Positions 9,701-18,102 of a stretch of DNA of 56,984 nucleotides are shown here, piece after piece. The position numbers and the translations under genes are program-made. Each line of letters opens with the position of its first letter. Position 1 is the stretch's first letter. Origin of the DNA: Coraliomargarita sp. CAG:312. GTDB lineage: Bacteria > Verrucomicrobiota > Verrucomicrobiia > Opitutales > Intestinicryptomonadaceae. The stretch is from positions 5,687 through 62,670 of the forward strand of contig FR901603.1 in the NCBI GenBank assembly GCA_000438015.1, read 5' to 3'. Below the pieces are notes generated by a model. It was not told where the DNA came from and made no database searches. It saw nothing but the letters and a program-made list of their open reading frames with translations.

Positions 9701-11281
9701 AGGCTTTTTGTCGCCTTAAAGGAGAAAGATGCGGATAGATATAATTCCAACGCTGTATACATATTGGCAAATTCCATTGGTAAATGCAACTTCGTGGATT
9801 ATTGCAAAGTCAAAATCCCTAAAGAGCTTGTTATTGAAAATATCAAGGATATTCCCGCGTACAGGCTCAACTCGATATCAATTGATATCCTTGATTACCT
9901 CTCGGAAAACGGTGAATCCGCCTTGTACGACAAATTTGAAAAGGCGTTCATAAAAGAAAAAGACTCAAATGCAATGGCGTATGCGGCCCGCCGCTTTTTC
10001 GATCGAAATACTCCCGAGGGTGACAAGAAAGCGTTTGAAATATATTCCCGGATGATGGAACTTGGTCACACTCTGACCTTGTCTGAGTTGGGGAGTATGT
10101 TCTTTAACGGAAGAGGCGCTGCCCGCAATTATAAAAAAGCCTTCGAAATTTTTAAAAAGGCTGCGGATAAGAAAGGTTGGATTGACTCTACAAGCTGCAT
10201 TTGGACGGCGCTGATGTACAAAAACGGATGGGGCGTGGAGAAGTCTGATGAAATGGCTCGCAAGTATGTGGAGCTCGCGGAAGGAGCCCATAACTATGAA
10301 TACGATTTTACGCAATTTTCGGAACAATTGATATGCGGAGACTGCTGTATTTATAACTTCAAGGGCGCTCCGAAATGTCCCGACTTAGGAGTGGAACTTC
10401 TGGAGCGGGTTGTATCGTCCAAGAATCCAAATGTAGATTCATTTCGCAGATATGCAATTCTTCTAGAGGACGGAAAATATATAAAGCGGGATTTGAAAAA
10501 GGCGGCTTCATATTATGAAAAGTTCGCCCGCCAGCGCAAAAAGGAGAATTACGCCGGGGACGAAGATTATTGGGGATTTGGCGATGCCATTAGAATTCTG
10601 AAAAACTCTCCGGAGGAAAGCGACCGCAAGAAGGCGTTTGAACTGGCCCGCGAATGGCTTGGGGCAGTGCCGGATTCAATCAACGCAAAAGTCGATATTG
10701 CCCTGCTTAAAATGTATGGCTTGGGAACTGAAAAAAATCCGAAGGAAGCCGTAGCTTATCTAAACAAGGCCATAGCCTCAAAACTTAAAAAGGAAATGTA
10801 TCTCTGGAGGGCGTACGGAGTTTTGGCGTATTGCCATATGAATGGGATCGGCGTTGAGAAATCTCCGGAGAAGGTTCGGGAGATTGTATCGGCGGTTCGA
10901 AAAATAAAGGTTTCTAGATGCGGGGTATGGCATCCGTTTTTATCGTACGCGGAATGGTTTAATCCGAATAGGGAATTTTACGACACAGATATTGTCGACA
11001 ATCCGGCTTTGCCGCCCGATAAGGAAATCTCGCTGTTTTGGCTCAGAGAGTTTGAAAAAGTCGCCGATACCGCGAAAAATCCGAAATTTAGCGTAAAGGC
11101 GTATGGATTTTTGGTTGATTATTTCACAAAAGAAAGGGGATTTGAAGATCCGCAAAAAGCAGGAAGTCTAAAAGAAAAGCTGGCAAAAGCAAAAGAGCGC
11201 GTTGAAGCCGCAAAGAAAAAGCCTGGTGCGGAGAAAAATACAGGCGCAGGAGGAAATGTCAAAGCAAGCGCAGGTGGATAA
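6761..11281 (+). CDS. Very large Sel1-repeat lipoprotein
   Basis: ATG at 6761 with lipobox-like FVSA-C. Many Sel1 repeats, e.g. LAEMYYYGLGVKEDKALALKYY, LGSMFFNGRGAARNYKKAFEIFKKAA, LMYKNGWGVEKS, LKMYGLGTEKNPKEA, LAYCHMNGIGVEKS. Confidence 0.9.
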   Translation: MNNFRIAIVALIFFVSACAQIDYSDYESEVDIHNKPIKEVESLAKQGNLDAKFRLAIDKMAYSRDEAIEEIKSLYYDSKHLISGYYIANRLSNQNERLEILREISDNGNSYTSACAKCDILAENLKLSLDSLDKEKFDKYYSELLSYAKSDFQPAAVHLKFFIETNLEKIEKLKDVSKDILFLYKTLARISKTDEKYYALEYAEALAKSGKWDEAVAMLKPLADDFTKHGSFRMSQSLSQRVGGNFYAEAKAAALMACACDNGLGTAKDENAAKRYRDKVMQLQNEWFLKSFARTFDASGVDKNSFVFDSPEDAKAYRAAAKKIKNSRAERLRNYYSRLAKKISDASKKSLDDLKSASDEIEKVEYAKKLLDLKSINVGKYTIGKYNNDNAKEAISILETLADEGSQYAHLTLAELYKGGNSRNATFSILNMPVDFDAGKARMHADKASHIDNEWAWMAQADKLLGDLDLLKTNAPESIALDGYTVKTDSIDSALQKYRTAANLGYAKAFIRLFEIYNNGIPIGYGKYLVEPDKSLALEYAKKSVDLGDMRLMHYVEDSSDRDKSIQRKLSIIKKHLDSKGGAVAEAFAILQENGQASTHSSSEPEKIKDSVAEGALDSAFAKCNSEEVENNAGKKFAQNAAHEKCSIALSSEFSDYFKSLPKTQENRFLYSLACVSENKIDEAAKELKALAAERYPEAVRIIIELVGVIYGTAEEIDRYCSLAEELKLPIPNWRFNSADYNIARYEETKDDAFLQDFYYICTPKVLEFLSKHSRNNKGALYWAAFRLFNADAQKSLLEFDEVLDFIKNCAKDPKLAPDANVLLAYAYSGNPKMKNNPQLSSSYIKAAGESWSGRARCPAYKMFCFDSIDDMQTQSRFNLFSQSINENDNGNSHNLSYIEKNSLEDLRAANKKNPKSLIIKRALAEKEKALGNYAEALKLYKELNEKNPSDINYSTVLAEMYYYGLGVKEDKALALKYYDRLFVALKEKDADRYNSNAVYILANSIGKCNFVDYCKVKIPKELVIENIKDIPAYRLNSISIDILDYLSENGESALYDKFEKAFIKEKDSNAMAYAARRFFDRNTPEGDKKAFEIYSRMMELGHTLTLSELGSMFFNGRGAARNYKKAFEIFKKAADKKGWIDSTSCIWTALMYKNGWGVEKSDEMARKYVELAEGAHNYEYDFTQFSEQLICGDCCIYNFKGAPKCPDLGVELLERVVSSKNPNVDSFRRYAILLEDGKYIKRDLKKAASYYEKFARQRKKENYAGDEDYWGFGDAIRILKNSPEESDRKKAFELAREWLGAVPDSINAKVDIALLKMYGLGTEKNPKEAVAYLNKAIASKLKKEMYLWRAYGVLAYCHMNGIGVEKSPEKVREIVSAVRKIKVSRCGVWHPFLSYAEWFNPNREFYDTDIVDNPALPPDKEISLFWLREFEKVADTAKNPKFSVKAYGFLVDYFTKERGFEDPQKAGSLKEKLAKAKERVEAAKKKPGAEKNTGAGGNVKASAGG

Positions 11282-11650
11282 GAGATCGGCTTATGCCAAG
11301 AATATTTGTGCGGTAAAATACCCCGGATAATAGCAGTAAAAATAAAAATTCTCTTTTAATATAGAGATATAGTTAATAATGCCGTTTTGCTTAAATGAGC
11401 GGTTTTGCGCCAATTAATGGCTATTTCTTTGCGGCAATTGTGAAACGGCAAAATTTAAACGCCGCGCGGGCGAAAAATAAAAGAAATACATTTGCGCCAA
11501 AAGCTCTTATTTTTTTAACCGTAATATATCATTATACCTAATTGTATATTGTTTGTTTGCAGGAATTTTTGATAAATCAGCTTGACATTCCTCATATCGT
11601 TTCTTTAACTATTGCGCAATTGTTATGAGATGTTTTTTTGGGGGGAAGGA

Positions 11651-11716
11651 ATGTCTGATAAAAGGAATTTAAGCCTGATTGTTTTCATTCCTTTGCTTGT
11701 CGGGATTACTGAATAA
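11651..11716 (+). CDS. Candidate 21-aa hydrophobic upstream peptide (MSDKRNLSLIVFIPLLVGITE)
   Basis: ATG directly follows purine-rich GGGGGAAGGA and ends at TAA 11714-11716, 82 nt before the PEP-CTERM gene. Too short for the ORF track. Confidence 0.3.
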   Translation: MSDKRNLSLIVFIPLLVGITE

Positions 11717-11798
11717 CGGTTTCACTACTGGCGATACATCCGCAATTATTCTCATAAAACAAAATACGCAAACGCTATTCAAAACCAAATAAATATAT

Positions 11799-14700
11799 AT
11801 GAAAAGGAATTTGATTAATACGCCGCTTTTTGCTTTGTTTGCAGGAGCTTTTTTGTTCGAATCGGGCACCGCTTTCGCGAGCAGCCCTGTTATAATAGGC
11901 GAAGGAACATACGACTCAGCCATCTATGCGACTGAGGAGGATACAACCGGAGGGTCTTCTCTGTATATCAACGGAGGAACTTTCAACTTGTATTCCAGCG
12001 TGTCAAATCCCGACTTGTATCTTTACGGCGGGGGTTCTGAGGGTGTTTCCATAACTGGTAACACGTATTTCCAATTTAACGCTGGCGAAGTCTTGCCGGG
12101 GGATTGGTCGCACAGCCTTTACGGGGGAGGCTCTCTAAACACTACGATAACTGGTTCCTCAAAGTTTGAAATGAACGGAGGAAGTATATACGGGGCTGAT
12201 TTGAACCGTTCGGCAATTTTCGGAGCTTCGCGCCCCGGAAGCGTGGTTAAAGGAAATTCGCAAGTTGTTATAAATGCAGGGACGATTAAGGGACTTACAA
12301 TATACGGCGGTGCTGATGGCGCTAATACCCGTTTTGACGGACAGATGGGAACATACAGCCATTATATCGACCTTGCCGAAACAAGCACGGTTGAGGGCAA
12401 TGCAAGCGTCACAATTGGCGAGAACGCAACTGTTTATACGGTTGTTGCCGGTGGGCGCGGAAATTCTGTTATAAAAGGAAATGTGTCTTTAAACATAAAC
12501 GGTAAGACTTCCAACGTAAACCAAGGCGGAGATCAATACGGAAAGATTTACGGCATCACGTCGGCGACGTTCGGAAGCAAAGCGGTTACGGGGTCGATTA
12601 TTTCTGCGGGCGACATATACGGAAGCAATGTCTCTTTTAAAGATGATGGAAGCGTCGATTCTGTTGTGGACGCAAATAAGATAGTGGTGTATTCCACATA
12701 TAACGGCTCTACTGTAAACGGCGTTTTGCAGGGGTTCGGTACATTTGGTTCGTACGACGATCCCGTCAATACAGTTTACGGTTCGATAAACGTCAAGATA
12801 AACGACGGCACCAAGGTGACAAGCAATGTAAGGTCTGCCGGTTTGGCTACCCACGTTCTTGGAAATACGTCGCTTACGATATCAGGTGAAAACACTAATA
12901 TAGGCGGCAACGTTTATGCCGGATCTGAGCGCGGCTCGCAGATAGACGGCAACGCCACTTTGATAATTGACAGCGCAACCGTGAAAGGCGATGTTTACGG
13001 GGGCGGATATGGAATTTATTACAAGGACAATTCCGGAGAGTATGCAAACCAGGATGCCGTCATAAAGGGAAATTCCAATGTGATTGTAAGGAACGCGACT
13101 GTCGAAGGTGGCATTTATGCTGGCGGAAAGGGCCAGCGCGCAATTACCGAGGGCGACGCTACCGTGACTTTGACTGGGACTGTAAACACGCCGATTCTTT
13201 CCGGATACGGAAAATCGCAAACGCTCGGCGAGGAGGACATGGGCAAGGGCGTAACGCTCGGAAACCGCACCTTGAACTTTAGCAATACGTCAGACCCGTG
13301 GAGCGGCGCTATAACTGCCGCCGTCGACGGATTCAACCGCATAATTGTGGATAAAAACACAACTGTAGAGGCAATGAACGTCAAAATGGAAGAAGCAATG
13401 TATTTAGGAGGTTCAGGAAGTTTGACGATGACGGCTTCAATGGAGGGAGTATCGGTCGAGAATAAATTATTTATGGAGCTCGAAAACGAGCTAAACCTTA
13501 CATTCACAGGATCTTCTTTTAAGAACAATACTGTAGCAAATACAACGCAGCTTCCAGGGCTTATAACCGGATGGAACAGCGGTGTAGTGGTTTTAAAGGA
13601 TTCAGTTTTTGAAAATAATTCCTTGACGGCAAACTATCTGCAGGGCGGGGTATTGTACAACATAGCGGGCAACTCTGTAATTGAGAACTCAAAATTTGTC
13701 GGCACGGTCGCAAACGGAACTTCCGACAGGGTCAGAGGTTCGGTTTTATATTTCAACAACCATAGCGCAGACGTGTCCGGTTCGGTTTTTGAAGGCAACA
13801 CAGCAAACGGATATGGCGATAATCTCACTGCGGGCGCAGTGTATATAGAAAATCAAAGCGACCAGAAACAGACTTTGACCATAGAAAACAGCTATTTTGA
13901 AAACAATGCCGCCGTAGGGCATAACGGATACACCGCAATGGGCGGCGCAGTACACGCTCTTTATAGAAGCGGAGCTGGCGCGGATGTTGTCATAAGCGAT
14001 ACTGTATTTACCAACAATAGCGCGACTACAAAAGGGGGCGCGATTTATGTAGCCGGAGAGTCCCTTGCTCTCAATGCGACCAAAAGTATGGCTTACATGG
14101 GAAACACTTCCGCCGAGGGCGGCTTTTTGTATCTTGACGAAAACGCAGGCAAATCTGCAAGCGCGTCTTTCAATATTTCGGACGGGGCTATTCTTACAAT
14201 AGGTGCCGCCGGAAGCGGTGCAGACTCTATTGCAGGAGTGTCGTCGGCTTCATTTTCTAAATCCGGCGCCGGAATTCTCACAGTCAACGGCGATATGTCA
14301 GGATATTTGGGAACATTGAACGTAAACGCCGGAACGATGAATGTTAACAACGGACTTGGCGCGGGTTCCATAAATATAGCGGCGGGTGCTAATTTGGGCG
14401 TTGCGCTGTCGTCTGGCGCGCTTTCGTCTTCGGCGGTTGTCAACGACGGAGTCTTGTCATTAAAGCGCGGGACGCTTTCTGACCGCGAAACTGTTTCAAT
14501 GGCTTCTTACAATGGCTCCGGTTCGGTGGCGGCGTTCGGCGGATTTTATGAAAACGGAGTGTTTACTGCAGGCGCCAGCGCGGAGGCCTCAAACGGCCTT
14601 ACGGTCGGTTCTGCAGATACCGACGTTCAGACGGTAAAATATTCTTCCGACGGAGAAAATCTCGTTATGGATTTCGACGTATCTAAAATGGGAGACGCAA

Positions 14701-15056
14701 AAATAACGCTTGAATCTGTTTCGGCGGTTTCAGACAAGGGAAACATCCAGGGAACTCTTTTGTCGGGATTCGACGTTGTAGCCAGCTACGACGCTGCGTT
14801 GGATTTTAGCGTTGTATTTAGTGCGTATGTCGGCGAGGGATTGGACGTTTCACAAATATCGGCTTGGCACAAGGAATCCGGCAGCGACGTATGGACTCTG
14901 CTTGAAACCGATATCTCCTACGACGGAGGCATGGCTAGCATTGTAGTTGACGGATTTGGTTCGTACGCATTTTCGTCGATTCCAGAACCTTCGGAAATAG
15001 CCGCTGCGCTGGGTATGCTCGCGCTTGGATTTGCAGCCTTTCGCAGGCGCAGATAA
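11799..15056 (+). CDS. PEP-CTERM-sorted beta-helical surface protein / adhesin
   Basis: Signal peptide. Gly-rich YGGG/YAGG beta-strand repeats. Pmp-like FxxN and GGA[IV] repeats (FTNNSATTKGGAIY). PATR-like KSGAGILTVNG. C-terminal IPEPS + TM helix + RRRR. Confidence 0.92.
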   Translation: MKRNLINTPLFALFAGAFLFESGTAFASSPVIIGEGTYDSAIYATEEDTTGGSSLYINGGTFNLYSSVSNPDLYLYGGGSEGVSITGNTYFQFNAGEVLPGDWSHSLYGGGSLNTTITGSSKFEMNGGSIYGADLNRSAIFGASRPGSVVKGNSQVVINAGTIKGLTIYGGADGANTRFDGQMGTYSHYIDLAETSTVEGNASVTIGENATVYTVVAGGRGNSVIKGNVSLNINGKTSNVNQGGDQYGKIYGITSATFGSKAVTGSIISAGDIYGSNVSFKDDGSVDSVVDANKIVVYSTYNGSTVNGVLQGFGTFGSYDDPVNTVYGSINVKINDGTKVTSNVRSAGLATHVLGNTSLTISGENTNIGGNVYAGSERGSQIDGNATLIIDSATVKGDVYGGGYGIYYKDNSGEYANQDAVIKGNSNVIVRNATVEGGIYAGGKGQRAITEGDATVTLTGTVNTPILSGYGKSQTLGEEDMGKGVTLGNRTLNFSNTSDPWSGAITAAVDGFNRIIVDKNTTVEAMNVKMEEAMYLGGSGSLTMTASMEGVSVENKLFMELENELNLTFTGSSFKNNTVANTTQLPGLITGWNSGVVVLKDSVFENNSLTANYLQGGVLYNIAGNSVIENSKFVGTVANGTSDRVRGSVLYFNNHSADVSGSVFEGNTANGYGDNLTAGAVYIENQSDQKQTLTIENSYFENNAAVGHNGYTAMGGAVHALYRSGAGADVVISDTVFTNNSATTKGGAIYVAGESLALNATKSMAYMGNTSAEGGFLYLDENAGKSASASFNISDGAILTIGAAGSGADSIAGVSSASFSKSGAGILTVNGDMSGYLGTLNVNAGTMNVNNGLGAGSINIAAGANLGVALSSGALSSSAVVNDGVLSLKRGTLSDRETVSMASYNGSGSVAAFGGFYENGVFTAGASAEASNGLTVGSADTDVQTVKYSSDGENLVMDFDVSKMGDAKITLESVSAVSDKGNIQGTLLSGFDVVASYDAALDFSVVFSAYVGEGLDVSQISAWHKESGSDVWTLLETDISYDGGMASIVVDGFGSYAFSSIPEPSEIAAALGMLALGFAAFRRRR

Positions 15057-15081
15057 GCGGGAAAATTAAATAATTTAAATT

Positions 15082-15116
15082 AGCTCCGCCACGCTGCCGT
15101 GCGGAGCTTTTATTTT
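15082..15116 (+). terminator. Rho-independent terminator of the PEP-CTERM gene
   Basis: AGCTCCGC...GCGGAGCT stem followed by TTTATTTT. Confidence 0.7.
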
Positions 15117-15318
15117 ATAGAGTTTTGGTTGCGCATTGAAGGCGTTTGTTTTGCTTCCCCAAAACACAGACTACCCATATGGGAACTTCAAAGCGCAATA
15201 TGTCGGCAGCAAAACGCGCAAAGAGGCGTTTGTTTTTTACTTTTGCGCGCGGAAACTTTGTTTTGCATGCGGCGGCACTTTTTAAGGCGCGAGGTTTTTT
15301 ATTCCCGGACGTATTTGC

Positions 15319-16398
15319 CTATTGCGGGCCGAGCGACTTCTTTAGAGCGAGCTGGCCGCATGCGGCGTCTATCTCCGAGCCTTTTTCGCGGCGGAGCGTA
15401 TATGAGGCTCCAGCTTCGTCCAGAATTCTTGCAAACGCCGCGCGCCTGCCGGCGTCGCTGCGCTGCCATGAAAGGGCGGGAACTTTGTTGTAGGGAATCA
15501 AATTTATGTGGGCGTGGAGCCTTTTGGCTATTTTTGCAAGTTCCCGAGCCTGCTCAAAAGAATCGTTTACGTTCTTTATGAGAATGTATTCGAGCGTGAT
15601 CATTCTTCCGCAGCTTTTTGAGAATTTTTCGGCGGCGCCAAGCAGGCGAGCAAGCGGGAAACGGGAATTTATCGGCATGATTTTCCCGCGCACTTCGTCG
15701 GTGGCTCCGTGCAGGCTTATGGCAAGGCGGTAGGGGAATCCGTCTTCGGGGAGCTTTTCAAGCCTGTCGGCTATCCCGCAAGTCGATACCGTTATGCGCC
15801 GCGCGCCGAACGCGAATTTTTCCGCCGAATTGAAAACTTTCAGGGCGGACATGAGATTTGTGTAGTTTATGAGCGGCTCTCCCATTCCCATCACAACGAT
15901 GTTTTCAAACTCAAATCTTCTTATCCTTTTCCCATTGTCGATTGTTTCTTCTACAAACGGCAGCGCTTGCGAGATTATCTCCTCCGCAGTCAGGTTGCGC
16001 ACAAAGCCCCTGAGCGCCGACGCGCAGAATTTGCACGCGCATGCGCATCCGACTTGCGTGCTTAAACACAGCGTCTTTCTTATTCCCCCGTCTTCCGAAG
16101 GGGCTTTTAAAAGCACGCATTCTATAAAATTTCCGTCGCTTAGCCCAAATAGGTACTTTTTTGTCTCGTCGCCCGACTGTTTCTCGCCCGCCATTTTTGC
16201 GGAGAAAAATTGAAAATGCTCCGAAAGCCACTCTTTCAGTTTCTTTGGAATAGCTGGAATTTCAAGCGGATTGAAAATTTTATTTTTGTAAACCGCGTCA
16301 AAAACTTGTTTCGCGCGGTATTTCTCAAATCCTGCCTCGGCAAGGCGATTTTTTAATTCGTCCGCATTGAGAAGAAAAAAACTTTCTTTCTCTTCCAT
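15319..16398 (-). CDS. rlmN: 23S rRNA m2A2503 / tRNA A37 radical-SAM methyltransferase
   Basis: CLSTQVGCACACKFCAS, VVMGMGEPL, LAISLHG, NLIPYN and IDAACGQL motifs. Confidence 0.97.
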   Translation of the reverse strand: MEEKESFFLLNADELKNRLAEAGFEKYRAKQVFDAVYKNKIFNPLEIPAIPKKLKEWLSEHFQFFSAKMAGEKQSGDETKKYLFGLSDGNFIECVLLKAPSEDGGIRKTLCLSTQVGCACACKFCASALRGFVRNLTAEEIISQALPFVEETIDNGKRIRRFEFENIVVMGMGEPLINYTNLMSALKVFNSAEKFAFGARRITVSTCGIADRLEKLPEDGFPYRLAISLHGATDEVRGKIMPINSRFPLARLLGAAEKFSKSCGRMITLEYILIKNVNDSFEQARELAKIAKRLHAHINLIPYNKVPALSWQRSDAGRRAAFARILDEAGASYTLRREKGSEIDAACGQLALKKSLGPQ

Positions 16399-16426
16399 TT
16401 TGCAGCAGTTCGCGGATTAAAAAAAC

Positions 16427-16666
16427 TTAAAAACGCTCCGAACTTTGCGGGCGCCAAGTATCTCTGTCCAGAGATTTATTTCTCTCGCTCACTTTCTTAA
16501 TGTAAGAGTTTGCCGTTGTGGTTTCTCCCGTTATAACGGAACCAATCGGCGTTTCCTCTGCGTCCCTGCCGACGTTTTCCGCAGTTTGGCATGCGGAAAG
16601 CAAAAAGGCGCACACACCTATCGCCGCGACTTTTGGCAGCCCATTTATTTTTGTTTTGTTTTGCAT
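16427..16666 (-). CDS. Small lipoprotein with an entericidin EcnA/B-like N-terminus
   Basis: Lipobox LSA-C followed by QTAENVGRDAE. Co-oriented within the operon. Confidence 0.7.
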   Translation of the reverse strand: MQNKTKINGLPKVAAIGVCAFLLSACQTAENVGRDAEETPIGSVITGETTTANSYIKKVSERNKSLDRDTWRPQSSERF

Positions 16667-16693
16667 AGTTTTTGACTAAAGGCTTATATCTTG

Positions 16694-16951
16694 CTAGCTT
16701 TCTTTTTGGCCGGCGTATTTCGACTCTATCATTATTCTGCCTTTAAAGGACCATTTAACTACTTTTGTCCCGTCGGGCTTTACGATTTTTATCCTTTCAA
16801 AATTTATCTGTTTGCCGCTTTCTCCGTCTATAAATGCCTGGAAATAAATCTTGTCGTAGGTTTCCGGCGGAGGAAGGCGTTTTGCGGCTGAAATAATTTG
16901 CGATATTGAAGGTGCGAATTTCTTTTGGGGACTTGAATTATCTTCGGACAT
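16694..16951 (-). CDS. Hypothetical protein
   Basis: 85-aa ORF that fills the gap tightly between co-oriented genes. No family recognised. Confidence 0.7.
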   Translation of the reverse strand: MSEDNSSPQKKFAPSISQIISAAKRLPPPETYDKIYFQAFIDGESGKQINFERIKIVKPDGTKVVKWSFKGRIMIESKYAGQKES

Positions 16952-16971
16952 ATACCTGGCAAAGTGTGGAT

Positions 16972-18102
16972 TTATTCTTTAAAATTTTCAAGCTTATTTA
17001 TTTGAGCAGGTTCTTGTTGGGTTAGGCAGTGAACGGCTCCGCCTTCCATGAGGAAATTTCTGCAGTCTATGGCAACGATTTCTCTGCCTGGAAAACTGCT
17101 TCTCAAAATTTCTTCGGCGAATTTGTCTGACATTTGCGAATATGACGGCATTATGACTGCATTGTTTACTACAAGATAGTTAGCATAACTTGCGGGCAGA
17201 ATTCTGTCTTTGCCGTCGTAGCCCTTGGCTATGACCGGTTCCTTCGGAACGGGCAGCTCTACAATTTCATAACGTTTACCGGATTCGCATGCTGCGTTTT
17301 TTAGAATATCCAAGTTCCGCTGTAGGTTTGCATACGATGCGTTTGACTGGTCGCACGATGCGGCAAGTATTTTTCCGCATGGAGTGAAGCGGGCAAGATT
17401 GTCTATATGCCCGTCTGTATCGTCTCCACAAAGCCCGTCCTTTAGCCAGATTACGCGGTCTATCCCGCAGCTTTGCATTAGGTACTCCTCTGCTTGGGCC
17501 TTTGTAAAACCGGGATTGCGGTTGGAATTTAGAACTACGCATTCCGTTGTCAACAGCCAGCCTTTGCCGTCGAACTCCAATGCTCCCCCCTCGCAAACCA
17601 TTTTGCGGCAATTTATAATTTCCGCGCCGGCGGCGAGCGCCATTTTTGATGCGAGGGCGTCGTCCAAATCCCATGGCGGAAATTTTCCGCCCCACGAATT
17701 GTATTTAAAGTCGAGCGCGCAAAGTTTGGAATTTCTTTGCAGAGCAAATATCGCCCCGCTGTCGCGGCACCATACGTCGTTTGTTGGTATGTCGTAAAAT
17801 TCGATGTTTGACAGATTCCCTAAAGCTTTTTCTATGCGCCGTTTGGCGTCTTCTGGGCCGGAATATCCTCGGCAGGCTTTGGGACTTTTAGCCGGGCAGT
17901 TGATCTTTACGGTTTCGTAGCGTGAAATTATCGCCGCCAGACGTGCAAAAGATTCCAGTGATTCTTCGCGCGCATTCGCCCACCAGCCTGGCATGCAAGG
18001 CCAGGTTATCCAAACGGCGGATTGCTCTTCCCATTCTGCGGGAATGCGGAATGTGGGCTTGCATTCCTGCCTTACGCATCCGTTAACGCATTCTTTTGAC
18101 AT
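16972..18102 (-). CDS. aguA: Agmatine deiminase / peptidylarginine deiminase family protein
   Basis: PAEWE, DVWCRDSG, EGGALEFDG, DDTDGHID and GGAVHCLTQQ (catalytic Cys) motifs. Confidence 0.92.
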   Translation of the reverse strand: MSKECVNGCVRQECKPTFRIPAEWEEQSAVWITWPCMPGWWANAREESLESFARLAAIISRYETVKINCPAKSPKACRGYSGPEDAKRRIEKALGNLSNIEFYDIPTNDVWCRDSGAIFALQRNSKLCALDFKYNSWGGKFPPWDLDDALASKMALAAGAEIINCRKMVCEGGALEFDGKGWLLTTECVVLNSNRNPGFTKAQAEEYLMQSCGIDRVIWLKDGLCGDDTDGHIDNLARFTPCGKILAASCDQSNASYANLQRNLDILKNAACESGKRYEIVELPVPKEPVIAKGYDGKDRILPASYANYLVVNNAVIMPSYSQMSDKFAEEILRSSFPGREIVAIDCRNFLMEGGAVHCLTQQEPAQINKLENFKE

